From an uncultured Anaerolineaceae bacterium (GTDB taxonomy: Bacteria > Chloroflexota > Limnocylindria > Limnocylindrales > CSP1-4), in the NCBI GenBank assembly GCA_964427285.1, contig CAYRTS010000001.1, positions 31,471 through 95,470 on the forward strand: a DNA stretch of 64,000 nucleotides. Reading direction: 5' to 3'. The notes under the pieces are model-generated. The model searched no databases. It was given only the letters and a program-made list of their open reading frames with translations, and was not told the origin of the DNA. How positions within the stretch are numbered: the stretch's first letter is position 1; each line of letters opens with the position of its first letter. Shown here piece by piece: positions 61,014 through 64,000 of this stretch. The translations under genes were made by a program, and so were the position numbers.

Positions 61014-61963
61014 CACCGGACGACCGCACGCAGGCCATCGAGGACTTGCTCCAGCTCCGGCGGCAGCGGGGCCGTCGCCCGGATCAGATCGCCGCCCGAC
61101 GGCGACGTGAGCTCGAGTCGCCAGGCGTGCAGAAAGAGCCGTTCCAGGCCATCCGGCCCGCGGCGCGAAGTCCCCGTGCCATAGACCCGATCGCCGGCCA
61201 CCGGATGCCCGATGGCATCGAGGTGCACCCGGATCTGATGCGTCCGTCCGGTCACCAGGTCCAGTTCCAGGAGTGTCCACTCGGCGAACCGTTCCCGGAC
61301 GCGATAGCCAGTCACCGACGGACGACCGTCGGGAACCACCGCCATCCGTGTTCGATGCTTTGGGTCGCGCCCGATCGGCGCCTCGATCCGCCCGACGGCG
61401 GCGCCAACGGAGCCTTGCACCAGCGCCTGGTAGGTCTTCTTGATCCGGCGAGCCTTGAGCTGGGCCATCAAGGAGGCCTGCGCCGCGTCGTTGCGGGCGA
61501 CCATCAACAGGCCGCTGGTGTCGCGATCCAGTCGATGCACGATCCCCGGGCGCTGCACGCCAGCGATCCCGCCCCAGGTCGAGCCGTCGCCGTGGGCCAG
61601 CAGGGCGTTGACCAGGGTGCCGCCCGCGTGCCCAGCCGATGGGTGGACGACGAGACCGGCCGGCTTGTCGATGATCAACAGGTCGGCATCCTGATACACG
61701 ACCTGGAGCGCGATCTCCGGCGCGGGTTGCAGCTCGAGCGGCACGGCTGCCGGCACGTCCAGGCGCAATTCCGTGCCCGCGCTGACGATGGTGTTAGCTC
61801 GCAGCAGCCCGCCAGCCGCCGTAAGCCGGCCATCCGAGATCAGCTTCTGGACGTAGCTCCGCGACAGGCCCGTAGCGTCGGCGACGTAGCGGTCAACCCG
61901 CCCGATTGGGCCATCCGGCACGCGCAACAGGCGAACACCGGGAGTGACCGCCGGATCAACCAT
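61013..61963 (-). CDS. rluD: RluA-family 23S rRNA pseudouridine synthase (RluD-like)
   Basis: 316 aa. S4-like N-terminus and HRLDRDTSGLLMVAR. Confidence 0.92.
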   Translation of the reverse strand: MVDPAVTPGVRLLRVPDGPIGRVDRYVADATGLSRSYVQKLISDGRLTAAGGLLRANTIVSAGTELRLDVPAAVPLELQPAPEIALQVVYQDADLLIIDKPAGLVVHPSAGHAGGTLVNALLAHGDGSTWGGIAGVQRPGIVHRLDRDTSGLLMVARNDAAQASLMAQLKARRIKKTYQALVQGSVGAAVGRIEAPIGRDPKHRTRMAVVPDGRPSVTGYRVRERFAEWTLLELDLVTGRTHQIRVHLDAIGHPVAGDRVYGTGTSRRGPDGLERLFLHAWRLELTSPSGGDLIRATAPLPPELEQVLDGLRAVVR

Positions 61964-62450
61964 CTTTGGGCGCCTGCCCGAGACGCGTCAGAGCCGGAAT
62001 GAACGCCGCGCCGGCAAGCATGACGATGGCCGTGCTGACCCCCGCATCGGCGATGTTGAACGTGTAGAAGCGAAGATCGCCGATGCCGACATCGACGAAA
62101 TCGACCACGTACCCGAGGCGCAGGCGATCGATCAGGTTGCCGATCGCGCCGCCAAGGAGGAAACCGAGAGCGGCCGACAGGTACGGGCTGCGACCGGAGC
62201 GTGCGTGGTAGCCGACGATCAGACCGATGACCCCAATGGAGATCACCCCGAACAGGAGCGCCTGGTCGCGAAACAGACCGAACAGCGCCCCGGAGTTCTG
62301 GTGGTAGACGAGCCGGACCGTGTGGCCAAGCACCTCCCGTACATCGCCCTGGGCAATGTTTGCCACGAGCCAGGCCTTGGTGAGTTGATCGAGCACGACG
62401 ACGACGCCGGCCAGTCCGAGGAAGACGAACCAGTGGCCGGCCCTGCGCAC
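61956..62450 (-). CDS. lspA: lipoprotein signal peptidase II
   Basis: Motifs LDQLTKAWL, NSGALFG, FNIADAGV. Start is uncertain: GTG 62450 (GGAGCGG upstream; chosen), or GTG 62492/62510. Confidence 0.88.
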   Translation of the reverse strand: MRRAGHWFVFLGLAGVVVVLDQLTKAWLVANIAQGDVREVLGHTVRLVYHQNSGALFGLFRDQALLFGVISIGVIGLIVGYHARSGRSPYLSAALGFLLGGAIGNLIDRLRLGYVVDFVDVGIGDLRFYTFNIADAGVSTAIVMLAGAAFIPALTRLGQAPKDG

Positions 62451-62523
62451 GACCCGCTCCGGCGCGCGCGGCGATTCGGTCGTCTCGCCCACCTCCGTCG
62501 TCGCGGCCACGGTGTGCGCCAGC

Positions 62524-64000
62524 CTACCGGTCGCCGGCGTGGCGACGCAACGCGATGGCGACCGGCCCGCCGTCGAGGTCCACGATCCCGAGTGTGGCAT
62601 CGACCGGCGGTTCCCCGCTGCCATGGACGCGTTCGGCCAGCGTCTCGGCCGCGACCGCTGGAAGGTGTTGGGCAACCGCCGCCGGAAGGTCGCGGACCCA
62701 CAGCTCGATCCGGTCGTCGAGCGCCAGCGCGGCGTCCTTGCGCAGATCCTGGATGGCCCGCTGCAGCTCGCGCGCGTCGCCCTCGGCGATGAGTTCCGGC
62801 GTCAGCGAGGTGTCGAGGATCACGACCAGGCCGTCGTTTTCCGCCACTGCCGTGCCCGGTCTCGGGGAGGCCTGGACCTCCACCTCGTCGGGCGCCAGCG
62901 TGATGCCGGCCAGGGTGACGGAGCCGTCCGCCTCGAACTGCACATCGCCAGCACGCGCCGCGGCCATGATCGCCGGGATCGAGCTGCCCAGCCGCTTGCC
63001 GATCTTTGGCAGGAGTGGCTTGACCCGGCGCTCCACGAGCGCGGACTGGTCGTCAATGATGCTGACTGCCTTGACGTTCAGCTCATCGGCAATCACGCGT
63101 AGCAGATCCGGCCCGATGGCGAGGCCACGGTCCGGGAGGGCCAGCCACGCGGCCGCGAGCGGTTGCCGAGTCTTGAGGTGCGCGCTGCTACGCAGGGTTC
63201 GGGCAAGATCCACGACGCCCTGGGCGATAAGCATGGAGGCCTCCAGGCGCTCGTCCCGATAACGCGCGAGGTCCGCTGTTGGCCAGGCCGTCAAGTGGAC
63301 GCTGTCGGGCGCCAGGTCGTCGACCGTCGAGACGAGATTGGCGTAGAGGGTATCGGACAGGAAGGGCAGGATCGGCGCGAGCATCCGGCAGGTCGCCACG
63401 AGTGCCTCGTGGAGGGTGGCGAATGCGGCGGCCCGATCGCGGGCATCGTCCGAGCGGGAGAACCGCCGGCGCGACAACCGCAGATACCAGGTGGACAGAC
63501 CGTCCATGAACGATGACAGCGCCCGTGTCGCGCCGACCGAATCGAACGCACGCAGGCGATCCTCGACGACCGCCGCGGTGGCGGCGGCACGCGACACGAT
63601 CCACCGATCGAGGATCGGCCGCCCGACGACCGGCGGCGCGACCTCGGCCGGGGTCCAGCCGCTCAACCGGGCATAGGTGATGAAGAACGCGTAGACATTC
63701 CACAGGACGAGCAACTCACGTCGCGATTCGTCCGCCGCGTGCCAGCCGAACGCGATGTTCTCCTCGGGCCGCGCCTTGGCGAACATCCAGCGCATGACGT
63801 CCACGCCCATTCGGTCGGCGGCTTCGTCAAACTCGATCGCGTTGCCCCAGCTCTTGTGCATCGGCCGGCCGTCCTCGCCGAAGACCAGCGCATAGCCGAA
63901 GATCGTCCTGAACGGCTCCTGACGCTTGAGCACGGTCGACATGGCCAGCATCGAATAGAACCAGTTGCGAAACTGGCCGGGAAAGCTCTCGGTGATGAAG
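62524..64000 (-). CDS. ileS: isoleucyl-tRNA synthetase, C-terminal part; gene continues past the right edge
   Basis: The frame stays open to 64000 (...FITESFPGQFRNWFYSMLAMSTVL...). KMSKS-type loop GRPMHKSWGN, then the anticodon-binding/C-terminal region. It sits in the conserved ileS-lspA-rluD order. Confidence 0.92.
   Translation of the reverse strand, partial: FITESFPGQFRNWFYSMLAMSTVLKRQEPFRTIFGYALVFGEDGRPMHKSWGNAIEFDEAADRMGVDVMRWMFAKARPEENIAFGWHAADESRRELLVLWNVYAFFITYARLSGWTPAEVAPPVVGRPILDRWIVSRAAATAAVVEDRLRAFDSVGATRALSSFMDGLSTWYLRLSRRRFSRSDDARDRAAAFATLHEALVATCRMLAPILPFLSDTLYANLVSTVDDLAPDSVHLTAWPTADLARYRDERLEASMLIAQGVVDLARTLRSSAHLKTRQPLAAAWLALPDRGLAIGPDLLRVIADELNVKAVSIIDDQSALVERRVKPLLPKIGKRLGSSIPAIMAAARAGDVQFEADGSVTLAGITLAPDEVEVQASPRPGTAVAENDGLVVILDTSLTPELIAEGDARELQRAIQDLRKDAALALDDRIELWVRDLPAAVAQHLPAVAAETLAERVHGSGEPPVDATLGIVDLDGGPVAIALRRHAGDR

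Noticed and set aside
1-64000. Search for mobile elements, prophage, toxin-antitoxin or defence-system genes
   Set aside because: No transposase/integrase/recombinase motifs, terminal inverted repeats, tRNA-adjacent attachment sites or recognisable defence-gene signatures were seen. The only accessory-looking segments are the 2137-10571 operon and the 34094-36113 islet.

Overview
Very GC-rich bacterial chromosomal segment. Third codon positions are almost always G/C, which is why the six-frame track is full of long antisense or out-of-frame shadow ORFs. I call about 60 protein genes. All but four are on the minus strand, and most are packed with 1-4 nt start/stop overlaps (ATGA/GTGA).

The content is mostly conserved housekeeping super-operons, read right to left:
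- ileS(partial)-lspA-rluD-gmk-priA-hyp-def-fmt-rlmN-rpe-dtd
- rpmB <> asp23-yloV-recG-rsmD-coaD-DivIVA/SepIVA-like-yceD-rpmF-plsX-asp23-nusB-acpP-rnc-smc-ftsY
- ffh-DUF3352-like-rpsP-KH-rimM-trmD-rplS-rnhB-yraN-NUDIX
- rpsB-tsf-pyrH-frr-uppS-cdsA-dxr-rseP-ispG
- nusA-ylxR-infB-rbfA-nrnA-truB-ribF ... rpsO-pnp(partial)

I found no rRNA, tRNA, CRISPR array, transposase, integrase or phage gene.

Two accessory insertions stand out:
1. An eight-gene, translationally coupled operon (2137-10571). It encodes an FGGY kinase, a glycerol-1-phosphate-dehydrogenase-like enzyme, a HAD-IIA phosphatase, a NanE/GlpP-like barrel, a PotD/B/C-type importer with no ATPase, and a HutC-type GntR regulator. It has its own consensus-like promoter plus a perfect palindrome, and it sits between ribF and rpsO.
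2. A small codon-atypical islet (34094-36113) between ffh and ftsY. It holds a lipoprotein and a 398-aa protein carrying the LQRxxGNxAV leader motif known from DUF4157/eCIS-associated proteins.

Other items worth a second look:
- Rpe fused to an unassigned ~106-aa C-terminal domain.
- A SepIVA-like gene that has a promoter and Shine-Dalgarno but no canonical start codon (probable ATC).
- RibF with a degenerate riboflavin-kinase half.
- The only canonical intrinsic terminator in the window sits in the nusA leader, and rimP is absent.
- A recurrent TAnnnT-CCGCC promoter motif lies upstream of ribosomal-protein and translation genes, and def and the NUDIX gene have leaderless-type geometry.
- RNase HII has its GRG motif replaced by GVA.

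Gene order mixes actinobacterial-like and Firmicutes/Chloroflexi-like traits, and I cannot assign the taxon from sequence alone. All family calls come from motif recognition by eye. No database search was run.
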